Shown here piece after piece: positions 25,910 to 34,946 of a stretch of 47,304 bases of DNA. The notes under the pieces were generated by a model. The model was given only the letters and a program-made list of their open reading frames with translations, was not told where the DNA came from and ran no database searches. The stretch comes from an uncultured Planctomycetaceae bacterium. GTDB lineage: Bacteria > Planctomycetota > Planctomycetia > Pirellulales > Thermoguttaceae. How positions within the stretch are numbered: the stretch's first letter is position 1; each line of letters opens with the position of its first letter. Made by a program: the position numbers and the translations under genes. The DNA lies in contig CAZNVM010000142.1 in the NCBI GenBank assembly GCA_964576215.1, positions 1-47,304 of the forward strand, given 5' to 3'.

Positions 25910-28327
25910 ATGGCCAGAAACGAAACCGTTTGGGGAATCGACATAGGCAGTACGTCGCTTAAGGCACTCCACTGCCGCGAGTCGTCCGAGCCGGGCAAAA
26001 TCGAAGTGATCGGCTTCGATTTCATCGAACACTCGAAAATCATGTCGCAACCGGGTGCGGAACCGGCGGAAATCCTCGTTGAAACCCTCAAGGAATTCCT
26101 TGCCCGAAACAACACCAGTGGGAGCAGGGTCGCGATCTCCGTTTCCGGGCAAAACACGATTTCCCGCTTTCTTCCGCTTCCTCCGGTCGATGTAAAAAAA
26201 GTTCCGGACATTATCAAATACGAAGCGAAACAGTGGTTGCCGTTCGACCTTCAAGACGTGATCTGGGACTACCAGCCGCTTGGAAAAGGACTTCCTCCTT
26301 CCGGTCTCGTACTCGATGCCACCGTCGGTATGTTTGCGATGAAACGGGACATCGCCATGAAAGCCATCACCCCTTATATCGATTTGGGGATTGATGTGGA
26401 TTGCATCCAGAGTTCGCAACTCGCCGTCTATAATTACGCCGCTTTCGACCAGCTCAATGTCGAAGAAATCGATCCCGACAATCCGCCGGACCAAGTCGTT
26501 ATTCTCAGCGTCGGGACCGACGCAACCGACGTTATTGTTACCAACGGCGTAACCATCTGGACCCGAAGCATTCCCATTGGCGGAAACTCCTTTACCAAGG
26601 CGATGACCAAGTCCTTGAAATTGACGTTTGCCAAAGCGGAGTACCTCAAGCGGAATCCGACGTCCGGCGACGATCCCAAGGCGGTGATCCAGGCGATGCG
26701 CTCGGTTTTCAACGATATGCTCAGTGAAGTCCAGCGTTCGTTGGAGTATTATTCGAGTTTGAATCGTAAAGCCAAGTTCACGAAAATACTGGCATTGGGG
26801 AACGCCTTGAAACTTCCCGGACTGCAACGGTTCCTGGGGGACAACCTTTCACTGGAAATGGTTCGACCGACTCTTTTCAACCGCTTGATCGGTTCCGAAG
26901 TGCTTGCGTCCCCGGTTTTCAAGGAAAACCTCAGCTCTTTCGGCGTCGCTTACGGTTTGGTAACGCAACTTCTTGGGGAATCGTCGCTCTCGACCAATTT
27001 GATGCCGAAGGAAGTCGTGATTGAACGAATCATTCAGGAAAAGAAACCGTGGGTTCTTGTGGCGGCGGCGTCCTTCCTGCTCGGTTTGACCATTGCGTAT
27101 TCCGGTGCGACCGGGGCTTTGGAATCGGTCAAACGCGGCGAATACGGCACGGCGGAAACAAAGGCGTCTTCTGTGGAATCGGCGTCGAGTCGATTGACCA
27201 GCGATGCGAAGACGAGTGCCGACGAATTCGTGAAAGTCGATAATGTCGGGAAAAACCTGACTGGCAGCGTGGAAGGACGGATTATATGGCTGGAATTTTT
27301 CAAAGCTCTTAATAGTGCTTTGCCAGCGGACCAGAATTTCGGTGCGGCGATGCTTCCCGAACAGCCGGAAGAACGGGCCAAAGCCATCTCCAAACAAAAC
27401 CGGATCTACATCACGGGTATTGATACGCTTAAAATCAGTGACGCCGCTCCCTGGTGGGCGAGAGTCAAAGAAGAACGCTGGTACACGCCCTCGCAGGAGG
27501 AACTTGATGAAGTAAAAAAAGCAAGTGGCGGCGGGGACTCCGATAGCGCAGGCTCTGTTTCCATCGGGGGGGGAGAAGGGGGGGAAAAGGCCATTCTGGA
27601 TTCTTTGCCCGGTCCACCGTCAGGCGTTCCGTGCCGATTGGTACAACTCACGGGATACCATTATCACAACGACGAGAAGGATCAGGTGATGTATGCGGGA
27701 AACTACCTTCGCCTAACGATTTGCGAGACGATCCGAACCGGCAGTGTAATCTTGCCCGTCAGTCTGGAACGTCAAATTGAAACCGGGTTGACAGATCAGG
27801 AGGAAGTAACGTTTAAGGAACTCGGTTTTATGTATCCCGTCGTTATCTTCCCGTCGAAACCGGAACGGATCACAATATTGGATCCCAAAGCCGTTCTGGA
27901 ACAGGAAAACAAATACCGATTGGAACAGCTCCGGAGAAATTCAGGTTCCCGAGGGGTTGACAATACAAGTGCTATGTATTCGGGAGGTTCCGTTCCCGCC
28001 AACATGGTGGGAAGCTCCCCTCGCGGCCCCATCGGTTCCGGTGGCGGCAGACTTGGAAGCGACGCGAACCTCGACAAAATCGCCGGTGACCTTAGTGACG
28101 ATCAAAAACTCAGAGACATTTCCGTTTACAATTTCGTTATTCAATTCATCTGGGTGGAAACGCCTCCGAGCGAACGGGACCGAATCAAAAAAGAAAAAAA
28201 ACAATCTGAGGAACAAGTTGTAAACAGTGCAACAGATACGTTGGGCACCGACGGCACAGGTACCCTGTCACCTGATCCCACGGAAGTCGTGCCGCAGGAG
28301 AATGTCCCGGAAGAAGCCGCATTATAG
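25910..28327 (+). CDS. PilM-PilN-like (GspL-like architecture) fusion protein with long C-terminal extension
   Basis: The N-terminus has an actin-like ATPase fold signature of PilM (WGIDIGSTSLKAL ... ILSVGTDATDVIV ... IPIGGNSFTKA). Then NLMPKEV + TM (PWVLVAAASFLLGLTIAYSG, about 27045-27110) as in PilN. The last 330 aa or so have no family I recognise and include Gly-rich low complexity. Confidence 0.8.
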   Translation: MARNETVWGIDIGSTSLKALHCRESSEPGKIEVIGFDFIEHSKIMSQPGAEPAEILVETLKEFLARNNTSGSRVAISVSGQNTISRFLPLPPVDVKKVPDIIKYEAKQWLPFDLQDVIWDYQPLGKGLPPSGLVLDATVGMFAMKRDIAMKAITPYIDLGIDVDCIQSSQLAVYNYAAFDQLNVEEIDPDNPPDQVVILSVGTDATDVIVTNGVTIWTRSIPIGGNSFTKAMTKSLKLTFAKAEYLKRNPTSGDDPKAVIQAMRSVFNDMLSEVQRSLEYYSSLNRKAKFTKILALGNALKLPGLQRFLGDNLSLEMVRPTLFNRLIGSEVLASPVFKENLSSFGVAYGLVTQLLGESSLSTNLMPKEVVIERIIQEKKPWVLVAAASFLLGLTIAYSGATGALESVKRGEYGTAETKASSVESASSRLTSDAKTSADEFVKVDNVGKNLTGSVEGRIIWLEFFKALNSALPADQNFGAAMLPEQPEERAKAISKQNRIYITGIDTLKISDAAPWWARVKEERWYTPSQEELDEVKKASGGGDSDSAGSVSIGGGEGGEKAILDSLPGPPSGVPCRLVQLTGYHYHNDEKDQVMYAGNYLRLTICETIRTGSVILPVSLERQIETGLTDQEEVTFKELGFMYPVVIFPSKPERITILDPKAVLEQENKYRLEQLRRNSGSRGVDNTSAMYSGGSVPANMVGSSPRGPIGSGGGRLGSDANLDKIAGDLSDDQKLRDISVYNFVIQFIWVETPPSERDRIKKEKKQSEEQVVNSATDTLGTDGTGTLSPDPTEVVPQENVPEEAAL

Positions 28328-28413
28328 TCGGCAACCGGCAAACGGCGGAAATCCGAACTTTCGCTGTCAACCGTCTGCCACTTATCGTTTCATTTTTCAT
28401 TTTTCATTTACTC

Positions 28414-30057
28414 ATGGCCAAGGCGAAACAAAAAATCACCAAAGGGGACATCAAAAAAATACTCTTTTGGGTTTCCTGTCCCATCGCGATCATTTGCGGT
28501 GTCGTCGTTTATTTTTACGCCGTGGACGCGATTTCCGCCGATATCGAGAAGCGTAAACAGGAATTGGAAACCAAGAAAACCTCAATGGGGAGAATTCAGT
28601 CGAACTCCACGCACCCGAACGAAAAGACGATTGCGGAAATCGACGAGATGACATCCGACCTGCGCAATCGTGTCATGCGGGCGTGGCTCACCCTGGAACG
28701 TGATCAAAGGAAAAGAAACCAGTGGCCGGCGGCCTTGGGAGCGGATTTTCATCGGATCATCGAAAAACTCAAACCGGGGGACGAAATACCGTTCCTTATG
28801 TGTGAGCGTTATTTTCAATTCGTGGAAAAGCAGATTCCCATTATGCTGGATACTGTTGGAGCGAGAAAACAACAGTACAAGAAGTACAAATATAAACTCA
28901 AAGACGATGTTCCCATTCCCGAACTTGACGCCAAGGGGGAGCATGTGTTCGAATGGGCCGATGTCGTTCCGAATTGGGGAATTGGTCTGCCCAAAGGCGA
29001 TACGAGTAGCTTTGGCGGCAACACTGCCCCCCGTTCTCCACGTGGCGGGCCAAGCAGGTCCGACAGTTCAGGAGGCACGGGACCTGCTTCAGGGAGTAGT
29101 CCGTTTTTGGACAGCGAAACACGTTGGGTCGGAAGCGTTGATTGGCCCAATCCGGAGATTTTCGGACTCCTGCTGGAAGGTCAGATTCCCCACTATCTTC
29201 AAGTCTGGTACGCTCAGGAAGACATGTGGGTTTACGATGCGATTCTTTGGGTGGTTCGTCAAACCAATCTGCTCGGTGAAGAAGAGTTTCCTCCGGGAAA
29301 GGATACGTTGGCAAAATCTCCGATCAAACAAATTCAGAGCATTAAGATCGGTGCCCCGGCGGCGATGGCGTTTACCGCTGTGGGAATCAGCGGTCTATCG
29401 AGTGGAGGTGGCGGTGGAGAGGGAGAGGGAGGCGGAGAGGGAGGCGGCAGCGCGATGGAAGGTGCCGGCATTGGCGGTCTGCTCTCGGCCTCGTCGGATG
29501 CTCTCAAGCGAACGATTCTTCAGTTCCGTTATGTCGGAGAGGATTTGGCACCATTAGGGGCCGACGCATCGTCATTTGCCGAGTTCAACCGTATGCCGAT
29601 CGTGTTGAGTCTCACTATCGATCAACGCCGGATTTCCGATGTGTTGGCCAACTGTGCCAACTGTGCAATGCCGATTGATGTACTTTATGTGGCCTTCAAT
29701 CTCGGTCGGGGAAACGGAGTCCGTCCGTTGGGATTCTCGGAAGCGGCGGGTGAATCCGGTACGACGGGGAGAACCGGCGGTGAATACCAAGTCAGCGGTT
29801 CCGTCGGGATTTACTCTCCCGAAGCAATTCAGGTCGAAATTTACGGAATCATTAACATTTTCAATGCGTTGGATTATTCCGAACTGGCAGCCGTACAGAA
29901 AGCCGCTGAAGAAAAGAAGAAAGAAGTTGCCGCGATGAATGTTTCGCCGTCGGAAGTCCTATTAGAACCCTTGACACCGGAAGAAACAATCAACGAGGAA
30001 GGGAACCGGCCGGGACCGGCCCTGGATGAAAATCCGCCGACACCGGAAGGAGAATAA
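28414..30057 (+). CDS. bitopic membrane protein, unknown family (PilO/GspM-like topology only)
   Basis: MAKAKQK... Lys-rich N-terminus, a single TM (ILFWVSCPIAIICGVVVYFYAV), a coiled-coil-like segment (DIEKRKQELETKK) and a Gly/Glu low-complexity stretch (GGGGGEGEGGGEGGG). Confidence 0.75.
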   Translation: MAKAKQKITKGDIKKILFWVSCPIAIICGVVVYFYAVDAISADIEKRKQELETKKTSMGRIQSNSTHPNEKTIAEIDEMTSDLRNRVMRAWLTLERDQRKRNQWPAALGADFHRIIEKLKPGDEIPFLMCERYFQFVEKQIPIMLDTVGARKQQYKKYKYKLKDDVPIPELDAKGEHVFEWADVVPNWGIGLPKGDTSSFGGNTAPRSPRGGPSRSDSSGGTGPASGSSPFLDSETRWVGSVDWPNPEIFGLLLEGQIPHYLQVWYAQEDMWVYDAILWVVRQTNLLGEEEFPPGKDTLAKSPIKQIQSIKIGAPAAMAFTAVGISGLSSGGGGGEGEGGGEGGGSAMEGAGIGGLLSASSDALKRTILQFRYVGEDLAPLGADASSFAEFNRMPIVLSLTIDQRRISDVLANCANCAMPIDVLYVAFNLGRGNGVRPLGFSEAAGESGTTGRTGGEYQVSGSVGIYSPEAIQVEIYGIINIFNALDYSELAAVQKAAEEKKKEVAAMNVSPSEVLLEPLTPEETINEEGNRPGPALDENPPTPEGE

Positions 30058-30155
30058 AGGTCAGCCCCGGGCAGGAGTCGTGTAAACTCGATACCGGAAT
30101 AGCCCGGGGGAAGTCCCGACGCTAACTCAAGTCATAGCAACCCATTTGAAATATC

Positions 30156-31970
30156 ATGGCAAAAGCGAAAACGGAAACAAAAGCGGAAGCGAAAGCGGAA
30201 ACGAAAACAAAGCCCAAAAAAAAGAACAAAGCGGGAATCAAGGAGTTTTTCGTTTATCACGTGGAAAAACTCGTGCTGGGGGGCGTTGTTATCGTTTCGC
30301 TTTGGTGGGCTTATTCCGGACTGACTGGCCACAAATCGCTCCCCTGGCAACCGTCCGCATTGGAGCAAGCCGCCGACCAGGCCAAACAGCATATCGAAAA
30401 CTCCGGCGTAACGCCGCGTCAATTCGATGAGAGGTTGTTCATCATCGAGTATGACGAAAAAGCAACCTGGATCAAAAGAGACATTTCCCAAGTGGCGTAT
30501 GCGACGGACAGAAAATGGGAACCAACGCTGTTTCCGGATAGAATCAAACGTGATACCCCGACGATTTTCCCTGTGGAATCCCTTCGCTGGACCCCCGGCC
30601 AAGGCGCGATTCTTACCATTGACCGGAATCCGCCCAAGACGCCGGGAACCACCGGACGCACATCGGGGACGACGGGACGCACGACAGGAACGACGGAAAT
30701 TGCGAGCGGAGTCGGCAGCGGCAACACAATCGTCCCGAGACAATGGCTTGTCCTCACCGGTTTGATTCCGATCAGGAAGCAGTTGACCGAATATTTGAAT
30801 CGCTATTCCAATTCGATGTTCACCGACCCGGTAATCGACACGCCGCAGTTTCTTGCCTATGAAATCGAACGCTGCGAATACGATCCGACGCCTGGTGCCG
30901 TACCGCAATGGGAAAAGATCGATGCGGTCCTCCAGTATTCCATCGAATTGAACGAGTGGGGCGGTATTGGGGCCGAGCAAGTGGACCCTTCCTATCTGGC
31001 CCCGGTTGTCCCGGGAATGATCCCCATGGCTTACCCGCTTCCTCCGATGGTGCAAAAGCTCTATGGAGAAGAAGTGGCTTATCCGCCTTACATTCCGCTT
31101 TTGGCCGATTCGCTCATCGAGACAATGGAGCAACAGGAGGAAAAATTGAAACAACTTCAAGATTTCAAACCGGTTGACACGAACGGTTTGATTGACAGAA
31201 TTAGTCGGGGTACGGTGGGCGGTGGTGCGAGTGCGGAAGGACGAAGTGGTGTCATGCCGTCTGGAATTCAGACACAATCGGTTGTTCAGGAATCTGTTCG
31301 CCCGCCGCTGGTCGATCATTATCTGTTTCGCTTTTTTGATTTCAATATCGAAGGCAAAAAAAGCTACCAATACCGCGTCCGTTTGATTTTGAAAAACCCC
31401 AACCATCGTGTGGCCCCAAAATTTCTCGAAGACGAACGTTTGAATCAACTGCCGGTTCTTTACTCCGATTGGTGTGATCCGTCTCAACCGACGTCCGGTG
31501 TACGAACGTCGCGTGTTCTCGTGAAAGACGTAACAGCTCCGGCGGCCAAACGGGCGTCGCAGGAAACGTCGATCAAGCTGTTGCCGATTTACTTCGACAT
31601 GGAGGACGCCAATGAATGGTTCGGAGACGACAAAGCGAACATTTATCCCGGAATGGTTGCGAACTTCCCCTCGACAACCACGTTCAATTCCAATTTCAAT
31701 TCCAATTCGAACCTCGCTAATCAACAGCCACCCGCAAAACCGTCGCCGACCGGTGGTGGAGGGAATCGCCCGAATCAAAAATTGGAAACGAAAACGGTGA
31801 ACATCGTTTCCGATGTCTGTTTTCTCGGTGCTTACGGAGGTTTTCCCGTCGAGGGGAACAGTCGGTCGCCGGCCAAAGTGCTTCTCATGGATGCCGGAGG
31901 AACGGTCGTGTTGCGCAATCTCGGCACCGACCTGGATGAATCGCAGAATTATTCGAAAACCGCTCCCTAA
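30156..31970 (+). CDS. bitopic membrane protein, unknown family
   Basis: MAKAKTETKAEAKAETKTKPKKK N-terminus, a single TM (LVLGGVVIVSLWWAYSG), the heptapeptide repeat TTGRTSG/TTGRTTG and an Asn/Ser low-complexity stretch. The 634-aa antisense ORF is judged a shadow. Confidence 0.75.
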   Translation: MAKAKTETKAEAKAETKTKPKKKNKAGIKEFFVYHVEKLVLGGVVIVSLWWAYSGLTGHKSLPWQPSALEQAADQAKQHIENSGVTPRQFDERLFIIEYDEKATWIKRDISQVAYATDRKWEPTLFPDRIKRDTPTIFPVESLRWTPGQGAILTIDRNPPKTPGTTGRTSGTTGRTTGTTEIASGVGSGNTIVPRQWLVLTGLIPIRKQLTEYLNRYSNSMFTDPVIDTPQFLAYEIERCEYDPTPGAVPQWEKIDAVLQYSIELNEWGGIGAEQVDPSYLAPVVPGMIPMAYPLPPMVQKLYGEEVAYPPYIPLLADSLIETMEQQEEKLKQLQDFKPVDTNGLIDRISRGTVGGGASAEGRSGVMPSGIQTQSVVQESVRPPLVDHYLFRFFDFNIEGKKSYQYRVRLILKNPNHRVAPKFLEDERLNQLPVLYSDWCDPSQPTSGVRTSRVLVKDVTAPAAKRASQETSIKLLPIYFDMEDANEWFGDDKANIYPGMVANFPSTTTFNSNFNSNSNLANQQPPAKPSPTGGGGNRPNQKLETKTVNIVSDVCFLGAYGGFPVEGNSRSPAKVLLMDAGGTVVLRNLGTDLDESQNYSKTAP

Positions 31971-32034
31971 AGAGGTGCCATGTGGTTGATCGTATTTATT
32001 TAGCCGCCTCGTCCTGCGAGGAGAACCCGTTTTC

Positions 32035-33408
32035 ATGATTCGTACTCTCCTCGTTTTTTCCTGGTTGCTTTTGAGTTTACCTTCGATTTTCGCGGCGGAA
32101 ATCGAAGGAACCCCCTGGGAATGGACGCCGTATTCCCTTGGGATTTATCTTGACGCCGATCAGGAGACCTTGCATCGTTTTCACGTTCGGGAAGTCGGGG
32201 ATTTGATCCCGCTTCTCCGTCCTCAAATCGAAGAAACGTTTCGCAACTGGATCGGCGGACTTTGGACGCCGGCATTCGAAACCGGCTCTTTCCCGGAAGA
32301 ACTTTTTGATGAAGACCGGTTTCTCCGCAAGGAGACCCCCTCTTCTTTGGAATCGGAATTCGACAAGCATACGTATCTCCGCATCGAATCGACGGCGGAC
32401 TCCATTCGTGTGGAAGCCAGGGAATGGGATATTCGTACAGGAACGGCGTTCGGATACGCCGTCAGAACAATCGACAATGATTCCGAGTTGGCCGACGCGA
32501 TTTTTCAGGTGGTCCTCGCCGTTTTTTCCCCGATTGCCGTTGTGGAACAGATTCAATCGAACAACGTCGTCCTGCGGCTTCGCGGCGGGGAGTTGATTCC
32601 CCGGGACGTGACGCCGAACATCGTCGGGAAGGGGCGTGTTTTCGTACCGTTTATTCGCGTCCGGAATTCCTCGGGCCAGGTGGAAACGACGAGACCGATT
32701 CCCTGGACGGTGCTCCTTGTCGATTCGGTCCAACAAAGCCGCGTCGAATGTTCCCTGGAAGCGGGAATACGCAATCCGTTGACAATGCGACGCCGTGGCC
32801 GCACCGAGCAAATCGCGATTTTGCCGCACCTGGAGGAAAAACCGACCCGTTTGCTGATCCAAGCGAGAACGCAAGCCGCCTCAAGCGATTCCCCGCGGAT
32901 TTTTACGGCCAAATACGGGATATTTGAGAGGGAGCCGGACAGCGATAGAGGGGTTTTGCTCGGTGAATCCAACGCCCTGGGGGAGTTTATTGTACCGTAT
33001 TTACCCGGTTCGCCGATTCGCCGTCTGATGATTCGCGAAGGAAACATGCTCATCGCACGTCTTCCTTTGGTTCAGGGCTGGAAATCGTCCATTCCGATTC
33101 TGGTGCCGGACGACGAAGTCCGCATTGCGGCGGAAAGCGTCATGATGGGAATTCAGGAAGAGGTGATCGACCAAATCACGCTTCGCATGATTCTCAAAGC
33201 CCGAATCGAAAAGTATGAAAAGTCTGGCAACACGCAGGGACTGGCGAAAGCCAAAATCGATTTTGAACGATTGAAATCCCGTGAACATTTTTTAGTCCAA
33301 TTGGAATTGGAACGGAGAAAATACCATTCTTCCGACCCCATCGTTCAAAAAAGACTTGAAAACATGTTCGAAGCGACCCGGAAAATTATTGAACAGTATT
33401 ACAAATGA
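32035..33408 (+). CDS. secreted protein, unknown family
   Basis: Signal peptide MIRTLLVFSWLLLSLPSIFAAE and a C-terminal helical, charged region. It starts 64 nt after the previous gene on the same strand. Confidence 0.75.
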   Translation: MIRTLLVFSWLLLSLPSIFAAEIEGTPWEWTPYSLGIYLDADQETLHRFHVREVGDLIPLLRPQIEETFRNWIGGLWTPAFETGSFPEELFDEDRFLRKETPSSLESEFDKHTYLRIESTADSIRVEAREWDIRTGTAFGYAVRTIDNDSELADAIFQVVLAVFSPIAVVEQIQSNNVVLRLRGGELIPRDVTPNIVGKGRVFVPFIRVRNSSGQVETTRPIPWTVLLVDSVQQSRVECSLEAGIRNPLTMRRRGRTEQIAILPHLEEKPTRLLIQARTQAASSDSPRIFTAKYGIFEREPDSDRGVLLGESNALGEFIVPYLPGSPIRRLMIREGNMLIARLPLVQGWKSSIPILVPDDEVRIAAESVMMGIQEEVIDQITLRMILKARIEKYEKSGNTQGLAKAKIDFERLKSREHFLVQLELERRKYHSSDPIVQKRLENMFEATRKIIEQYYK

Positions 33409-33438
33409 CCTCTTGCGACGCACTGCAAACCATTATCG

Positions 33439-33639
33439 ATGAAATTAAGAATTAACGGAAAAGAGCGAACGGTTCACGACGGAGCAACGCTTGCCGAATT
33501 GCTTGAACAACTCGAACTTGCCGGAAAATACGTTGCCGTCGAGCGAAACAAGGAGGTCGTCCCCTTCCGAACTTATGCCGAAACGGTTCTCGCCGAAGGA
33601 GATTGCCTCGAAATCGTCACCCTGGTCGGCGGAGGATAA
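33439..33639 (+). CDS. thiS: ThiS/MoaD-type sulfur-carrier (ubiquitin-fold) protein
   Basis: 66-aa ORF, MKLRINGKERTV...LEIVTLVGGG, with the C-terminal GG. It starts 30 nt after the preceding gene. Confidence 0.85.
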   Translation: MKLRINGKERTVHDGATLAELLEQLELAGKYVAVERNKEVVPFRTYAETVLAEGDCLEIVTLVGGG

Positions 33640-33776
33640 TTAAGGGCATCGGGAATCGGAAATCGGAAATTAGAGGAAGCTTTATCACCTATGCCCTATG
33701 CCCAATGCCCTATGCCCTATGCCCTTAAATTTCAACACCTTTTCCGGCTTCATAACCAATCCGTTTACACTTTGAG
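33640..33776. repeat. GGGCAT-type heptamer hairpin plus module Y
   Basis: ttaagggcatcgggaatcggaaatcggaaatt ... cctatgccctatgcccaatgccctatgccctatgcccttaa, then module Y ttaaatttcaacaccttttccggcttcataaccaatccgtttacactttgag (33725-33776, about 90 percent identical to 4910-4961). Confidence 0.9.
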
Positions 33777-33785
33777 TAATTTAAA

Positions 33786-34865
33786 ATGAAACATGAAAAG
33801 TTCCTGCGAGAAGTGCGACAGAGTTTGAAATGGTGTTACAAATTGACACGGCGTTCCCGATCTTCGTTTTATCCGAGTTTTCGGTTCCTCAAAGTGTCCA
33901 AGCGACAAGCGATGAAGGTGATTTATGCGTTCAATCGTTACACCGACGACCTGATTGACTCCGCCCCCGAATCGATGTCGGTTACGGAAAAACAGGCGTT
34001 GCTTGACGGTTGGCAGGCGGCACTCGATTGGACAATGGATGCGTTTATCGAAACGAAAACGACGCAACCTGCCAGAGGCCGGTTTCCGTTTCCGTCGCTT
34101 CAGGAATTGAAATCGGCGTTTCCCGACATTCCCGGCGTTAAACTTTTACCGGCACTCCGTTTCATTGCCGACCGGTTTGACATTCCCAAGCCGGTCTTTT
34201 CCGAAGTGATTCTTGGCGTCAGAAACGACATTGAGGCGGCGCGGTTCCCGGAATACGAAGACTCCGCCGATTATTGTCATCAAGTCGCAACGTCGGTCGG
34301 CGTCGCATCGTTGGCGATTTGGGGAACGAAAGAATCGCTTTTTTCGGAAAGGGTCGTCAAAGCGGCCAAAGCGTGCGGCATCGCGATCCAGTGGACGAAC
34401 ATCGTTCGGGATATTAAGGAGGACTTGCTGGAGCGAAATCGGTTTTATATTCCGCAATCGGAGCTACGATTGGCCGGAATCACGGAAAAGCAGTTGATCG
34501 ACTTGATCGAATACGAAAGTAGCGACAAAGCGGCGAAACGGAAGAATACCGACCCGGTTGGCGTGTTCGCCGAGAAGGAATTTCAATTTCAAGTCGAGGA
34601 TTTTTTTACAAAGTACGACCGTTTTATCGAAAAGCAATTGAACCGAATCGAAACGAATTTCCTGATCGCCGCCGATCTTTATCCGGTGATTGATAAAGAT
34701 GCCCGGCGGTCGTTCGGAATCATTTGGGACACCTATTATCGGCTTTACAAAAAGATACGTTATAATCCGAGAAAGGTTTTGTCCCGGCGGGTACGGCTTG
34801 GTTTTTTCGAGAAAATTTTCCTCTTTTTTCGCTGGAAGTTTTTCCCGCCGCGACGATTGAATTAA
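33786..34865 (+). CDS. squalene/phytoene synthase family protein (HpnD/HpnC/CrtB-like)
   Basis: First Asp-rich motif YAFNRYTDDLID and second motif NIVRDIKEDLLERNRFYIP, both typical of the SQS_PSY family. Confidence 0.8.
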   Translation: MKHEKFLREVRQSLKWCYKLTRRSRSSFYPSFRFLKVSKRQAMKVIYAFNRYTDDLIDSAPESMSVTEKQALLDGWQAALDWTMDAFIETKTTQPARGRFPFPSLQELKSAFPDIPGVKLLPALRFIADRFDIPKPVFSEVILGVRNDIEAARFPEYEDSADYCHQVATSVGVASLAIWGTKESLFSERVVKAAKACGIAIQWTNIVRDIKEDLLERNRFYIPQSELRLAGITEKQLIDLIEYESSDKAAKRKNTDPVGVFAEKEFQFQVEDFFTKYDRFIEKQLNRIETNFLIAADLYPVIDKDARRSFGIIWDTYYRLYKKIRYNPRKVLSRRVRLGFFEKIFLFFRWKFFPPRRLN

Positions 34866-34946
34866 AATTTTTTTAGGATTTGAATCTCCCCAAGCGGTTC
34901 AAAAACCGCAATCGACGAGGCTTGCCCCGCCGCTAACGTGCGGGTT

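Noticed and set aside
30132-32036. 634-aa minus-strand ORF, the longest antisense ORF in the window
   Set aside because: It exactly shadows the plus-strand 604-aa gene. Its composition is Arg/Gly/Phe-heavy with no motifs. The plus-strand frame has a coherent N-terminal TM topology and sits in an operon, so this is treated as an antisense artefact.
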